Source of the DNA: a virus | Lineage: Duplodnaviria > Caudoviricetes | Reading direction: 5' to 3' (one strand) | Virus record (IMG/VR): IMGVR_UViG_3300033993_001964 | Span: 1 to 60,767 of that record | Length of the DNA: 60,767 bases | Shown: piece by piece, positions 39,106 through 47,101 of the stretch | Layout: every line of letters starts with the position of its first letter | How positions within the stretch are numbered: the stretch's first letter is position 1 | The notes under the pieces: model-generated | The model's input: only the letters and a program-made list of their open reading frames with translations | Database searches by the model: none | Told to the model about the DNA's origin: nothing | Made by a program: the position numbers and the translations under genes

Positions 39106-39119
39106 TGTACGTGCGTGCA
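39106..39119. promoter_or_regulatory. TGTAC-N4-GTACA-like operator (1 mismatch)
   Basis: TGTACGTGCGTGCA in the intergenic gap upstream of scaffold/MCP. Confidence 0.4.
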
Positions 39120-39134
39120 TGCCAGCGCGCGACG

Positions 39135-40466
39135 TTAGTACATTGCCCCCACGTCGGCTTCTCGAGCTACGGGCATCGGCAGCGGGTTGTAGCGATTGCG
39201 TGACTGCCAGATGTCCTGCGGGCTGTTGCGCTTGAGTGAGTCCAGGATGTTGGCTGCCCTTGTCGTCACCTCAGGGTTTCTCTGCTCCGGCCGACCGGCG
39301 CCAAACAAGTAGTCCTGCCAGGTGCGCTCTGCCGGCATGGAAGCCTGCGCCGCCCACTGCGGAGCTGCAAACATGGCCTCAGGCTTCAGCTCCCCCACTG
39401 CGCTGCGCCCAAACGCACCAGCAGCAGTTGCTGCTTTAGCGGCCAGGCTGGGTGCCGTCTTCAGCCCGGCCAGCATTCCAGGAGCGCCAGTAATAGAAGA
39501 TGCGATTACCGACGGATCAATCATTTCCCCAAAGAAACCTACGGTATCGGCCACTACGGGAGGTGCTTTCCCAACCACGTGCTGCCAGCTGGGTGGCGCC
39601 ACGTCTTGCGCTAGCTTTTCCACTTCAGCGGCGCGCTGTCGGTACTGCTCTGGGGTGGCATCCGACGGCAGGTCCATGACAGCTACAGGACCGAGCCGGA
39701 ATCGGTTGGTGAAGTTGGTCTGTCCCAGCGCATTGGCTGCCGCCGTGCTGGCGCTGTCCGCCGTGCTGCGGATGGTGGACGGAATATAGTTCGACGTGCG
39801 CAGATACCAGGCCACTGGGGACGTGGGGTCGCTGAAGAAGTCCTGCGCCACGCTGCCGTCGCCGAACCGCTCGTAGTTGGCAATGTTCAGTCCGTCTCTG
39901 GCGAGGGGCTGCTTGTAGCTGTTCTTGTAGGTGGATGTGGAGGTGACCGGCGTGTCCTTTAGGCCCCTGAGCAGGTCGACTGTGCGCCCTACATCCTGCA
40001 TGTAGGCGTACCGCTCTGGGGAAAGCAGCTGCCTGGAGGCGGTATAGGCCTCATCTACTGATCCGTAGTGCTGGCCGGCGTTGGTCTTGGCGTACTCGGC
40101 ACCGGCTTTGGCGTAGTCGTCTGCGTTTCTCCAGCTTGGCTGGTTCTCGAACGTGCCGTACCGGCGCTCGATGGTGTCGGCCACGCGATTGGCGGCGTTG
40201 TCGTCCATGAAAGACATGGGCTCGCCGTACTCATTGACTCCAGGCTGAAAGCCGTAGCGCACCTGGTCGGCCATCTCGGGGCGGATCTTGGCCGGCACCG
40301 CCCTGCCCACCATCTCGTCCGGCGTCTGCGCAACGTGCGGCTGATTCTCGGCAAGCCGTGAGATGTCGGCAGAGATGTAGTTTGCGGCCAGCCTCTTGGC
40401 CTCAGCAATGCGCCGTGCGGCCTCAGGGTCCGGAGATCCGGTGAATGCCTCGATGAGTCCTTCCAT
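39135..40466 (-). CDS. Hypothetical protein (possibly virion-associated)
   Basis: 443 aa ORF, AAGGAG RBS, Ala-rich C-terminal half. Confidence 0.65.
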   Translation of the reverse strand: MEGLIEAFTGSPDPEAARRIAEAKRLAANYISADISRLAENQPHVAQTPDEMVGRAVPAKIRPEMADQVRYGFQPGVNEYGEPMSFMDDNAANRVADTIERRYGTFENQPSWRNADDYAKAGAEYAKTNAGQHYGSVDEAYTASRQLLSPERYAYMQDVGRTVDLLRGLKDTPVTSTSTYKNSYKQPLARDGLNIANYERFGDGSVAQDFFSDPTSPVAWYLRTSNYIPSTIRSTADSASTAAANALGQTNFTNRFRLGPVAVMDLPSDATPEQYRQRAAEVEKLAQDVAPPSWQHVVGKAPPVVADTVGFFGEMIDPSVIASSITGAPGMLAGLKTAPSLAAKAATAAGAFGRSAVGELKPEAMFAAPQWAAQASMPAERTWQDYLFGAGRPEQRNPEVTTRAANILDSLKRNSPQDIWQSRNRYNPLPMPVAREADVGAMY

Positions 40467-40468
40467 CG

Positions 40469-40867
40469 CTAGGCTCCTTCACCGGGCATCATGGGTCCGC
40501 CGCGTGATGCCCGCAGGCCGTCTAGCGCTCTTGGCCGCCTGTTCAGCAGCAGGCTCATGTCGCCGGTGGAATCTGGCTCCCATCGCGCCGGGCTGCTCAG
40601 AACCTCAATGTCTTGGCTAGTGGGGTTGCGAGGAAAGATCTCGTTCTCCGCGTATCGTGGCGGAGCGGTGAGCCCGGACAGCAATGGGTTGCTGCCGATG
40701 ACGGCTGCGTTGCTGATCAGCGATCCGGGCCCGCGAGACAGGTCGGCGAAAGGCAGCGTCACTCCAGTGAGCTGCTTGACGGCGCCCTCAACGCTCGGGA
40801 CTTCTCCTCGAGTGAACTGCTGGGGAGGCACCGGGCGCACTGCGCCGTACTTGTCTTCGTTAGCCAT
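40469..40867 (-). CDS. Hypothetical protein
   Basis: ORF abutting the next gene; ATG 6 nt after the GGGACATAAA motif. Confidence 0.55.
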   Translation of the reverse strand: MANEDKYGAVRPVPPQQFTRGEVPSVEGAVKQLTGVTLPFADLSRGPGSLISNAAVIGSNPLLSGLTAPPRYAENEIFPRNPTSQDIEVLSSPARWEPDSTGDMSLLLNRRPRALDGLRASRGGPMMPGEGA

Positions 40868-40873
40868 GCAGGA

Positions 40874-40883
40874 TTTATGTCCC
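40874..40883 (-). promoter_or_regulatory. GGGACATAAA motif, candidate late promoter (copy 2)
   Basis: Intergenic, at the head of the capsid/packaging operon. Confidence 0.5.
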
Positions 40884-40900
40884 GCAGGCAGGCGACAGGG

Positions 40901-41044
40901 CTACTTGGCCACCAGGTACAGCCCGACATTGGCAAAGGCGTACCCCATGTACGCGATACCCAAGCCTGGATTCCCGCGAAAGAACTGCTCCGCTGAGACG
41001 TAGGCGTAGATGCAGCCAGTCAGGGCTATGAGGTGGCTACTCAT
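40901..41044 (-). CDS. Small membrane protein (47 aa)
   Basis: MSSHLIALTGCIYAYVSAEQFFRGNPGLGIAYMGYAFANVGLYLVAK; two hydrophobic segments. Confidence 0.7.
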   Translation of the reverse strand: MSSHLIALTGCIYAYVSAEQFFRGNPGLGIAYMGYAFANVGLYLVAK

Positions 41045-41090
41045 ATTGGAATGTGTTCGCTTTTCGTCGCTTTTGACATACGTTCGGGGC

Positions 41091-41468
41091 TTATGTCGCT
41101 GGCGGCGACAGGCGTTCCCGTTCGTCCTCGCCTTTTGGGAGAGACACCCTTTCGCAGCACGCAAATGACTCTGCCAATCTTGACGCCCAAAACCTAAGTC
41201 CGTCTCGGTTGCGGTGATGGACAATAAGGGTAATGCGGTCAACCCTTAGCGGAGCCGTAGTTGCCTCCTGCTCCGCGTCGGTAAGCGTGGCCCCGTTGAC
41301 CAGCAGTTCCTTTTGCCGCTGGCACTCCGCGACCAAAACGGAAACCTCGCGATTGAGCCGCTCAATCTCGGCTGCCGCCTCGTCCATGAGGTCGGAAGCG
41401 GGCACTGAGCCGGCTTCGATTGCCCAGCGATCTAGACGCGTGACGATGTCGCTGTCTTTGGTTCCCAT
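41091..41468 (-). CDS. Hypothetical phage protein
   Basis: DIVTRL...SDLMDEAAAEIERL and LTDAEQEA, motifs typical of small phage proteins; GAGGAG RBS. Confidence 0.6.
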   Translation of the reverse strand: MGTKDSDIVTRLDRWAIEAGSVPASDLMDEAAAEIERLNREVSVLVAECQRQKELLVNGATLTDAEQEATTAPLRVDRITLIVHHRNRDGLRFWASRLAESFACCERVSLPKGEDERERLSPPAT

Positions 41469-41647
41469 TCGCCGCACCACTCCTCGATTAGTACTTGTGG
41501 CCATAGCGCGTCCACATTGCGCAGCTCGGCGTCCTCGAACACTGTTGGGGACGGCGCATGGCGCCTGCATTCCCCAAGCTCACTGTCGTCCGTCGCTCTG
41601 GAAAAAAACCTGCACGTCAGGCAGGCTTGCTCATGATCGCAACTCAT
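41432..41647 (-). CDS. Small Cys-rich protein
   Basis: CLTCRFF...GECRRHAP...WP......WCGEW; GGGAG RBS. Confidence 0.7.
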   Translation of the reverse strand: MSCDHEQACLTCRFFSRATDDSELGECRRHAPSPTVFEDAELRNVDALWPQVLIEEWCGEWEPKTATSSRV

Positions 41648-41691
41648 TGTGGTGCTCCCTGTCTGCTGCCACTAGATAAGCCAACGCTAAC

Positions 41692-41721
41692 ATTGTCTCC
41701 CGCCCAGTTTGGGGGTGTCAA
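41692..41721 (-). promoter_or_regulatory. Possible sigma70 promoter
   Basis: TTGACA-N18-GACAAT on the minus strand, intergenic, upstream of 41647. Confidence 0.4.
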
Positions 41722-41829
41722 CGCTCTGTAGTAGCGATTCTAACGAAATAGACAGGGTTGCCGCGATCAAGCATTCTTGGCAGCCGCCGAACGGGCATCC
41801 CTTCCCATTCGGACAGCTGCGCAGAATGC

Positions 41830-42186
41830 CTAGAACCCCACGAGCTCTTCTTCGTGGTTCTCGGAGCGGTCACGCTTGCGCCACCGCAGGCTCTTGCCAA
41901 CCTCGTTGGCCAGCAGGCGCAGCGACGTGCCAGTCGTGCCGTCCTTCTTCGTGTACTGCTCGAGCTGCAGGTTGCCGCGAATCACCACCCGGTCTCCCGG
42001 CTGAAGCGACTCGGCGACGATGTCGGCCTGCTCATCGAACACCACGACGTCGAGCCAGGTGGTCTGCTCTCCGGTTGGGGTCTTTGAGCTAGAGGCGACC
42101 GAGAAGTTCGCCATCTGCTTGCCGGTCTTGGTCATCCGCACCTCAGGCATGCGGCCTACGTTTCCTGTGACTGTGGCCTCAATCAT
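41830..42186 (-). CDS. ssb: Single-stranded DNA-binding protein
   Basis: VTGNVGRMPEVR, ANFSVA, TTWLDVVVF, GDRVVIRGNL, YTKKDG; acidic tail ending in F; AAGGAGG RBS. Confidence 0.92.
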   Translation of the reverse strand: MIEATVTGNVGRMPEVRMTKTGKQMANFSVASSSKTPTGEQTTWLDVVVFDEQADIVAESLQPGDRVVIRGNLQLEQYTKKDGTTGTSLRLLANEVGKSLRWRKRDRSENHEEELVGF

Positions 42187-42219
42187 GAGAGCCTCCTTGC
42201 GCTAGGGTTATCGAACTAG

Positions 42220-42233
42220 CGCACGGTTGTACA
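42220..42233. promoter_or_regulatory. Degenerate TGTAC-N4-GTACA-like operator upstream of ssb
   Basis: CGCACGGTTGTACA (2 mismatches), about 35 bp upstream of the ssb start. Confidence 0.3.
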
Positions 42234-42289
42234 CGCCTCAGGAGAAGCGCGCAAGGCCCCATTCGTCGTCGAACAGGAACCAGAACGGG

Positions 42290-42703
42290 CTAACCACCAA
42301 GTCCGACGGGGTTGCCACCTGGAGACTGCGGCTTACCGTAGCCCTTCCACATGGAGTTGTGGCGCATCTGGTTGCCGATGAACTTGTCCTGGCTGGCATT
42401 GGCCTGACGCACGTCTTTCCAGGAGTCATTGAGGTAGCGGTCGCCAGCGGCCTCGCCAAGAGGGTCATGGCCGTCACCAGCCACAGGCGGACGAGGCAGC
42501 AAGCTCGAGCTACCGGACGTCATGGCGCCAAGCACCGACTCACGGCCGGCTGGAGTGTGCAGCTGGCTGGCTGGCACCTGGCTGGGGTCCATGTCCAGGA
42601 CCATCGGGTCACCGTCGCCGGCGTGCATGTCCAGCGTCATAGGGCGATTAGCGTTCGTCAGGTCACGGATGCGGGACTCGGTGGTGGATTTGTTCGTTGG
42701 CAT
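42290..42703 (-). CDS. Hypothetical protein, first gene of the leftward arm
   Basis: AAGGAG RBS; preceded by a GACCCATAAA variant of the late motif (42721-42730). Confidence 0.6.
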   Translation of the reverse strand: MPTNKSTTESRIRDLTNANRPMTLDMHAGDGDPMVLDMDPSQVPASQLHTPAGRESVLGAMTSGSSSLLPRPPVAGDGHDPLGEAAGDRYLNDSWKDVRQANASQDKFIGNQMRHNSMWKGYGKPQSPGGNPVGLGG

Positions 42704-42944
42704 GGGGACTCCTTGCTTGTTTTATGGGTCGGGGCCTTTCGAAAACGGGAAAAAATCCAGGGGCTGCATTTACATGAGGGGCGGGCGCGAAAGGGGGGCT
42801 CGGGGCCTTTGATCTGTCGCCGTAAGTCCTTTGCCAGCGCGGGCTTGCGTTGTCGGACAAGGAACACGCGGTCGTGAAGGTGGCCCGAGCCAATTAAATC
42901 TGGGTCGCTCTTCCCCGCTTGCCCGCAGTTCGCGAATTGCGAAC

Positions 42945-42978
42945 GCCCCTGTTTTCAGGCACCGGCGAGTAACAGTGT
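42945..42978 (+). repeat. Early cassette motif copy 1 (degenerate)
   Basis: GCCCCTGTTTTCAGGCACCGGCGAGTAACAGTGT. Confidence 0.7.
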
Positions 42979-43029
42979 CAGCAGCAACCGCAGCACTTCG
43001 CTGAGGACTGACTGGCACGGAGGATTCGC

Positions 43030-43185
43030 ATGCTGTGCTGCAGCTGCTGTGGGAACGTCTTCGCCAACGAGGTCGCTGACCCGGCGTTTGTCTGCGACCT
43101 GTGCGATGCCGAGCGTCGTGAGGCGTACCTGGAAGAGATGAAGGACGCCGAAGACGACCCGTTTCCGGGAGTCGTCGATTGGTGA
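43030..43185 (+). CDS. Small Zn-finger-like acidic protein (51 aa, not in ORF track)
   Basis: GGAGG RBS; MLCCSCCGNVFANEVADPAFVCDLCDAERREAYLEEMKDAEDDPFPGVVDW. Confidence 0.6.
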   Translation: MLCCSCCGNVFANEVADPAFVCDLCDAERREAYLEEMKDAEDDPFPGVVDW

Positions 43186-43275
43186 GGGCTCGCGAGGCCG
43201 CCCAGTGACTTCGGTTGCTGGGCGAGCTCCTGCGCCTTTGCAGGCTGTTCGGGTCTTTCTCTTGGAGGATTGGAA

Positions 43276-43386
43276 ATGCTTTGGCTTCTACGCGCGGCGA
43301 TGCGTGCTGTGCTGGTCCTTGTGCTCTTGGACTGCGCCGCCAACGTGGTACTGGCGCTGCTCCGTGCTTGGGTCGCTTCACACTGA
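43276..43386 (+). CDS. Small hydrophobic peptide (36 aa, not in ORF track)
   Basis: GGAGG RBS; MLWLLRAAMRAVLVLVLLDCAANVVLALLRAWVASH. Confidence 0.5.
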   Translation: MLWLLRAAMRAVLVLVLLDCAANVVLALLRAWVASH

Positions 43387-43398
43387 AGTGACAGCAAA

Positions 43399-43432
43399 CC
43401 CCTTGTTTTCAGGGGTCGGCGAGTATCAGTAG
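43399..43432 (+). repeat. Early cassette motif copy 2
   Basis: CCCCTTGTTTTCAGGGGTCGGCGAGTATCAGTAG. Confidence 0.9.
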
Positions 43433-43528
43433 CAGGTCAGCGGCACCTCCCACCAACCGCATTTCCTGCTCAGTCTTTTAGTCGGCAGTCAGCCGGCGGA
43501 CTGGGCGGGAGTCTTGTGGAGGTGTCCC

Positions 43529-43951
43529 ATGTCCTTTCGTAAGGGTGACCTGTTTGTTGTCTCGTGTGCTTTGGTTGCGGTCGGGTTCATGGTCTCGATG
43601 TTCGTTGCGTCTGGTAGTGCCAACACGTGGCTCTACGGCGTCTCGGAGTCGGTGACCAGCTACCTGGCTGCACCACAGCGAATAGCTCGGCTCGAGGCTG
43701 AGGTCAAGGAGTGCGACGGCTTGCTGGCTGTGGCACGACGCGATCTCAAGTCGGCACACGAGCGGCTGGACTCTGATGCCACGCAGCACCGCCACGTGCT
43801 GGATGCTGCGAAGGTACAGATTGCTGTGGCTGAGGGGGAACGCGACCGGCTCTTTGCCGAGCTGGCTTCGCTGCGTTCCCGCCATGCCACGCTGTGCCAG
43901 CAGCTGCTCGAGCTGGGCAATGACGTGCCTAGTGTTCTGGCTGGAGAGTAG
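43529..43951 (+). CDS. Membrane-anchored coiled-coil protein
   Basis: GGAGGTG RBS; N-terminal hydrophobic helix followed by heptad-like region. Confidence 0.75.
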   Translation: MSFRKGDLFVVSCALVAVGFMVSMFVASGSANTWLYGVSESVTSYLAAPQRIARLEAEVKECDGLLAVARRDLKSAHERLDSDATQHRHVLDAAKVQIAVAEGERDRLFAELASLRSRHATLCQQLLELGNDVPSVLAGE

Positions 43952-44002
43952 CCCGAAACCCGCTTCGGCGGGTCTCACCGTGATGCGGTGACTGATGAGG
44001 GC
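43951..44002 (+). ncRNA. Type II hammerhead ribozyme
   Basis: GCCC-GAAA-CCCGC-UUCG-GCGGG-UC^-UCACCG-UGAUG-CGGUGA-CUGAUGA-GGGC: all conserved core residues and three perfect stems; predicted cleavage after C43974. Confidence 0.92.
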
Positions 44003-44035
44003 AGTTCCCCTGTTTCTTGGAGGGAGGAATAAAAG

Positions 44036-44317
44036 ATGACGCTCGTGACCCTGAGTGCAGCTCAAGGCTGTGCCATCCTGGCTGTGATAGCCAGCGTGTA
44101 CGTGACCTGGAAGATGGCCGCGTCTGCCCGAGACCGGGTCGACTGGCTCAAGGATGACATGGACGACCGCGAGTCTGCCATGTCCGTGATGGTAGACGGC
44201 ATGAGTCAGAAGGTTGACGCCCTGTCTGCTCAGGTCGAGCGGCTGGCGGCTAAGTTGCAGGACCGCACGCTCGATGCGGCCCGTGTCCGGATGAAGAAGA
44301 TCAAAGGAGGTGCCTGA
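44036..44317 (+). CDS. Membrane-anchored coiled-coil protein
   Basis: GGAGG RBS; N-terminal hydrophobic helix, coiled-coil C-terminus. Confidence 0.75.
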   Translation: MTLVTLSAAQGCAILAVIASVYVTWKMAASARDRVDWLKDDMDDRESAMSVMVDGMSQKVDALSAQVERLAAKLQDRTLDAARVRMKKIKGGA

Positions 44318-44658
44318 TGCCATACGCTGATGCCAAGTACCCCAAACCCAAGCAAGAAAGAGGTGAGTCAATGCACGACTGCCCACTGTGTGGCGCACCC
44401 AAGCCCAACGAGGACTGGGACTGGTCCAAGTCTGTGTCGGTGATGGTGGATAGCGGCGAGCGGATCATCAGGCTCGCAGACAGCGACGCGCACTCGCTGT
44501 ACGCAATGCTTAGTAAGTCGTGGAGAGAGGACGGCAAGCCAAAGGGCGACTGGCGGGACGGAGTGCTCGACCTGCTGTTCGCTCAGTTTGGGATAGACCA
44601 AAGGATGATCGACGCCCAGCTGGACGACGAGCCGGAGGACCAAGCGAAAACCCCCTGA
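44317..44658 (+). CDS. Hypothetical protein with CPLCG motif (start may be 44371)
   Basis: TGATG coupling; its stop codon lies inside cassette motif copy 3. Confidence 0.65.
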   Translation: MPYADAKYPKPKQERGESMHDCPLCGAPKPNEDWDWSKSVSVMVDSGERIIRLADSDAHSLYAMLSKSWREDGKPKGDWRDGVLDLLFAQFGIDQRMIDAQLDDEPEDQAKTP

Positions 44659-44684
44659 TTTCAGGGGCCGGCGAGTAGTAGTAG
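44651..44684 (+). repeat. Early cassette motif copy 3
   Basis: CCCCCTGATTTCAGGGGCCGGCGAGTAGTAGTAG. Confidence 0.9.
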
Positions 44685-44694
44685 ACGGTTCGAT

Positions 44695-44729
44695 AGCCCT
44701 GCCGGGCACCCTACCCGGCGGGGCTTTTT
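44695..44729 (+). terminator. Stem-loop plus U tract after motif copy 3
   Basis: AGCCCTGCCGGG...CCCGGCGGGGCT TTTT. Confidence 0.65.
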
Positions 44730-44753
44730 CATTTCTCTAACCCGGAGTTTCAC

Positions 44754-45140
44754 ATGGCTATGCCAGCGTGGCCCCCTTACCTGGTGATGCAGTATCGGTG
44801 CGGAAAGGTCAAGAAGAATCGTGTCTACGCTCTGGTCCGCACCAAGAGCGAGGCAAAGGAGCTCGTGATCTCTGCGTCAGTCAAGCGACGCAGGGAGAAC
44901 GAGTTCTACGTAGTGATCGACGGACCCAAGTCCGCACGAGACCCAGACCACACGTACTTCGTCGGTGCTCTGTGCCATGCCGGCCGTGAGATTGTTCTCA
45001 TGGAAGGCGAGGAGCATCCGATCCTCATGCCTGTCGAGGTCGCTCGGATGTACGAGGGCGATGAGTCGGTCAAGTTCCTGACCCAGAATCGCCAGGCCCT
45101 TTCCGCTCCCGCACAGCAGGAGGAGGGGCAGCAGGAATGA
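44754..45140 (+). CDS. Hypothetical protein
   Basis: GGAG RBS; coupled to the next gene. Confidence 0.7.
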   Translation: MAMPAWPPYLVMQYRCGKVKKNRVYALVRTKSEAKELVISASVKRRRENEFYVVIDGPKSARDPDHTYFVGALCHAGREIVLMEGEEHPILMPVEVARMYEGDESVKFLTQNRQALSAPAQQEEGQQE

Positions 45141-45391
45141 GACTGCACACGGTCACCGCACGAGGGGTGGCAGTGTCATTCCTCATGGACGAGTTGAGAT
45201 CTTACGACGACGCGCTCGATGCGCTAGTCTCCAGCAAGGACGGAATGGGCGAGTTCACTGACGCCCACATGGAATCAGTGACCAGTCTCTACACCAAGAT
45301 CAGGACCGCAATCCTGATCGCAACAGAGGGGGAAACCCTCAGGAGGGAAACGCGTGAGCGACTCACTTACGACTGTGAGCCTGACGAATGA
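45137..45391 (+). CDS. Hypothetical protein
   Basis: ATGA overlap with the upstream gene. Confidence 0.6.
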   Translation: MRLHTVTARGVAVSFLMDELRSYDDALDALVSSKDGMGEFTDAHMESVTSLYTKIRTAILIATEGETLRRETRERLTYDCEPDE

Positions 45392-45578
45392 CCAGCTCGA
45401 GGTCGTGCTGGACGCACTGGATCAGTACCGGCAGGAGAACCACGACCTGCTGATGCTGTCCGACTTCGACGACGAGACGTTTGGCGTAGTCGCTGGGCGT
45501 GTCGAGATCGCAGTCAATTTGATGCGTGATCTGGGCGTGGACATCGGCACCGACTCTGAAGAGGAGGTGGTCGAATGA
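45354..45578 (+). CDS. Small acidic hypothetical protein
   Basis: AGGAGG RBS, GTG start; very Asp/Glu-rich. Confidence 0.65.
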   Translation: MSDSLTTVSLTNDQLEVVLDALDQYRQENHDLLMLSDFDDETFGVVAGRVEIAVNLMRDLGVDIGTDSEEEVVE

Positions 45579-45946
45579 ACGTAGCCACAGGGAATCGTGT
45601 GACCGCACAGGATCTTGTGCGTGTCGAGAAGCTGGAGGCTCAGGTCGGCGTGCTTGAGCTCGCGGCGCAAGAGGTTGTTGCCAGCATTCACAACCTGCGT
45701 ACTGACCAGCTTGCGAGTGCGAAGCGCTGCATAGCCACAGGCACGAAGGTGTTTGCCAAAGAGGAAGACACCCCAGTGCAAGAGCTCGAGCGAGAGATCG
45801 CCTTGCTCAGGGCCCGCCTGCAGTGCGAGCTGTGGGAGGGATGGTGGACTGAAGTTGAGCAGGAGTTGGCCAAGCTCAACGCTGCGTTCGCTGAGTTCCG
45901 GGCAACGAAGAGCCTTGCGTCAGTGCTCGATTGCTGCAGCGATTGA
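45575..45946 (+). CDS. Coiled-coil hypothetical protein
   Basis: GGAGGTG RBS, ATGA overlap; stop abuts motif copy 4. Confidence 0.7.
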   Translation: MNVATGNRVTAQDLVRVEKLEAQVGVLELAAQEVVASIHNLRTDQLASAKRCIATGTKVFAKEEDTPVQELEREIALLRARLQCELWEGWWTEVEQELAKLNAAFAEFRATKSLASVLDCCSD

Positions 45947-45979
45947 CCCTTGATTTCAGGGGTCGGCGAGTTAATTCGG
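45946..45979 (+). repeat. Early cassette motif copy 4
   Basis: ACCCTTGATTTCAGGGGTCGGCGAGTTAATTCGG. Confidence 0.85.
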
Positions 45980-46022
45980 GAGGCCGGTGACCACGTTGGC
46001 GCCGGCCTCCCTTTTCTTTTTT
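45978..46022 (+). terminator. Stem-loop plus U tract after motif copy 4
   Basis: GGGAGGCCGG...CCGGCCTCCC TTTTCTTTTTT. Confidence 0.7.
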
Positions 46023-46035
46023 GGGAGGTGTTCCG

Positions 46036-46356
46036 ATGGGGAGTTACGTGTTCAGTCTGTATGTCGTTGAGCTGGATCCCGCCGTGCTTGATCACGGCCG
46101 AGTCCGGCGAGCCAACCCTAAGGGTGGTGCCCGCTGCCTGTATGTAGGCAGCACTGCCCATGACCCCGAGTATCGGTACGCCCAGCACAAGCAGGGTGTA
46201 CATGCGAACAGGGGATACGTTACACAGTACGGACGCGGGCTGAGGACGGACCTCAGCGATGGCCGCACGTACACAACCAGGCAGGACGCCGAGCGGGCTG
46301 AGGCACAGCTTGCCGAGCAACTCAGGAAGGAGGGCTACTCAGTATGGTCACGGTGA
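46036..46356 (+). CDS. GIY-YIG nuclease family protein
   Basis: SLYVVEL...CLYVGST..PEYRYAQHKQG...AERAE..LAEQLRKEGYSVW; GGAGGTG RBS. Confidence 0.8.
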   Translation: MGSYVFSLYVVELDPAVLDHGRVRRANPKGGARCLYVGSTAHDPEYRYAQHKQGVHANRGYVTQYGRGLRTDLSDGRTYTTRQDAERAEAQLAEQLRKEGYSVWSR

Positions 46357-46742
46357 AACAGGTGCCGCCAAAGGAAGTGCTAGACGAGGTGATGGACAAG
46401 GCAATCCGTGCACATCGCTTTGCCTCGTACTTGCACGGTCGCTCCGCTGCAGATGTTGTCAGGTCACAGCCAATGCTCAAGGCTGCGTTTGCCGAGAGGT
46501 CCCAGCTGTCTCGTCTCAGAAACGAGCGCAGTAATTACTGCGAGTGCCCTGACTGCATTGCAGATGGACGTCACGCAGAGGACCTTGCCTTGATGGACGC
46601 CAAGTCTGCGCTGGCGTATCGAAATCTTCGCCGCAGCCTTGCTGAGCTACAGCACGTGCTGACTCGCGCTAAAGATGAGATCGACGAAGCGGTCAACCTG
46701 CTTCAAGTTCAGTCCCTGCTCTCCGTTTGTCCAGACCAATAG
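46344..46742 (+). CDS. Hypothetical protein with CxCxxC motif
   Basis: YCECPDC; overlaps the upstream stop. Confidence 0.6.
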   Translation: MVTVKQVPPKEVLDEVMDKAIRAHRFASYLHGRSAADVVRSQPMLKAAFAERSQLSRLRNERSNYCECPDCIADGRHAEDLALMDAKSALAYRNLRRSLAELQHVLTRAKDEIDEAVNLLQVQSLLSVCPDQ

Positions 46743-46750
46743 GAGGCACG

Positions 46751-46996
46751 ATGGACGAAGACCCAATCGGTGCATCGCTACTAGCATCAGCAGAGTTGGC
46801 ATACCAGCTGCGAGTGCTCGTATCTGACGTGATCTACGTACACCAGCGCGGCTACTCAGCCGACGAGGTTGGCAACGTGCTTGACTACGCAGAGGAACAC
46901 TGCCATCGGATCCTGTCGGAACTCAACGCCGTGCAGGACCACTTGGCTGTCGTGAAGGCAATCGACCGCATGGCCGACGTGTCCTGCGGCGACTGA
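46751..46996 (+). CDS. Hypothetical protein
   Basis: AGGAGG RBS, ATG 46751. Confidence 0.65.
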   Translation: MDEDPIGASLLASAELAYQLRVLVSDVIYVHQRGYSADEVGNVLDYAEEHCHRILSELNAVQDHLAVVKAIDRMADVSCGD

Positions 46997-47002
46997 CGTA
47001 AA

Positions 47003-47036
47003 CCCCTTGTTTTCAGGGGTCGGCGATTACTTGTAG
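47003..47036 (+). repeat. Early cassette motif copy 5
   Basis: CCCCTTGTTTTCAGGGGTCGGCGATTACTTGTAG. Confidence 0.9.
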
Positions 47037-47076
47037 AGGGCTGGCAGCGCCGGGCTGTCAGTCCTCTTTTCTTTTT
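47035..47076 (+). terminator. Stem-loop plus U tract after motif copy 5
   Basis: AGAGGGCTGGCAGC...GCTGTCAGTCCTCT TTTCTTTTT. Confidence 0.65.
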
Positions 47077-47101
47077 CCCGGCGTGCTTAGGGAGGTGTCC
47101 C

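Noticed and set aside
42642-42652. GGGCGATTAGC as the missing 5' half of the tRNA (split tRNA)
   Set aside because: Only 11 nt, no D-loop continuation, opposite strand to the 3' half, and antisense within a coding gene; probably chance
4709-42703. Genome-wide stop codon reassignment
   Set aside because: Genes are long and intact under the standard code and TAG ends several coupled genes normally; the TAG at 26661-26663 is an isolated case
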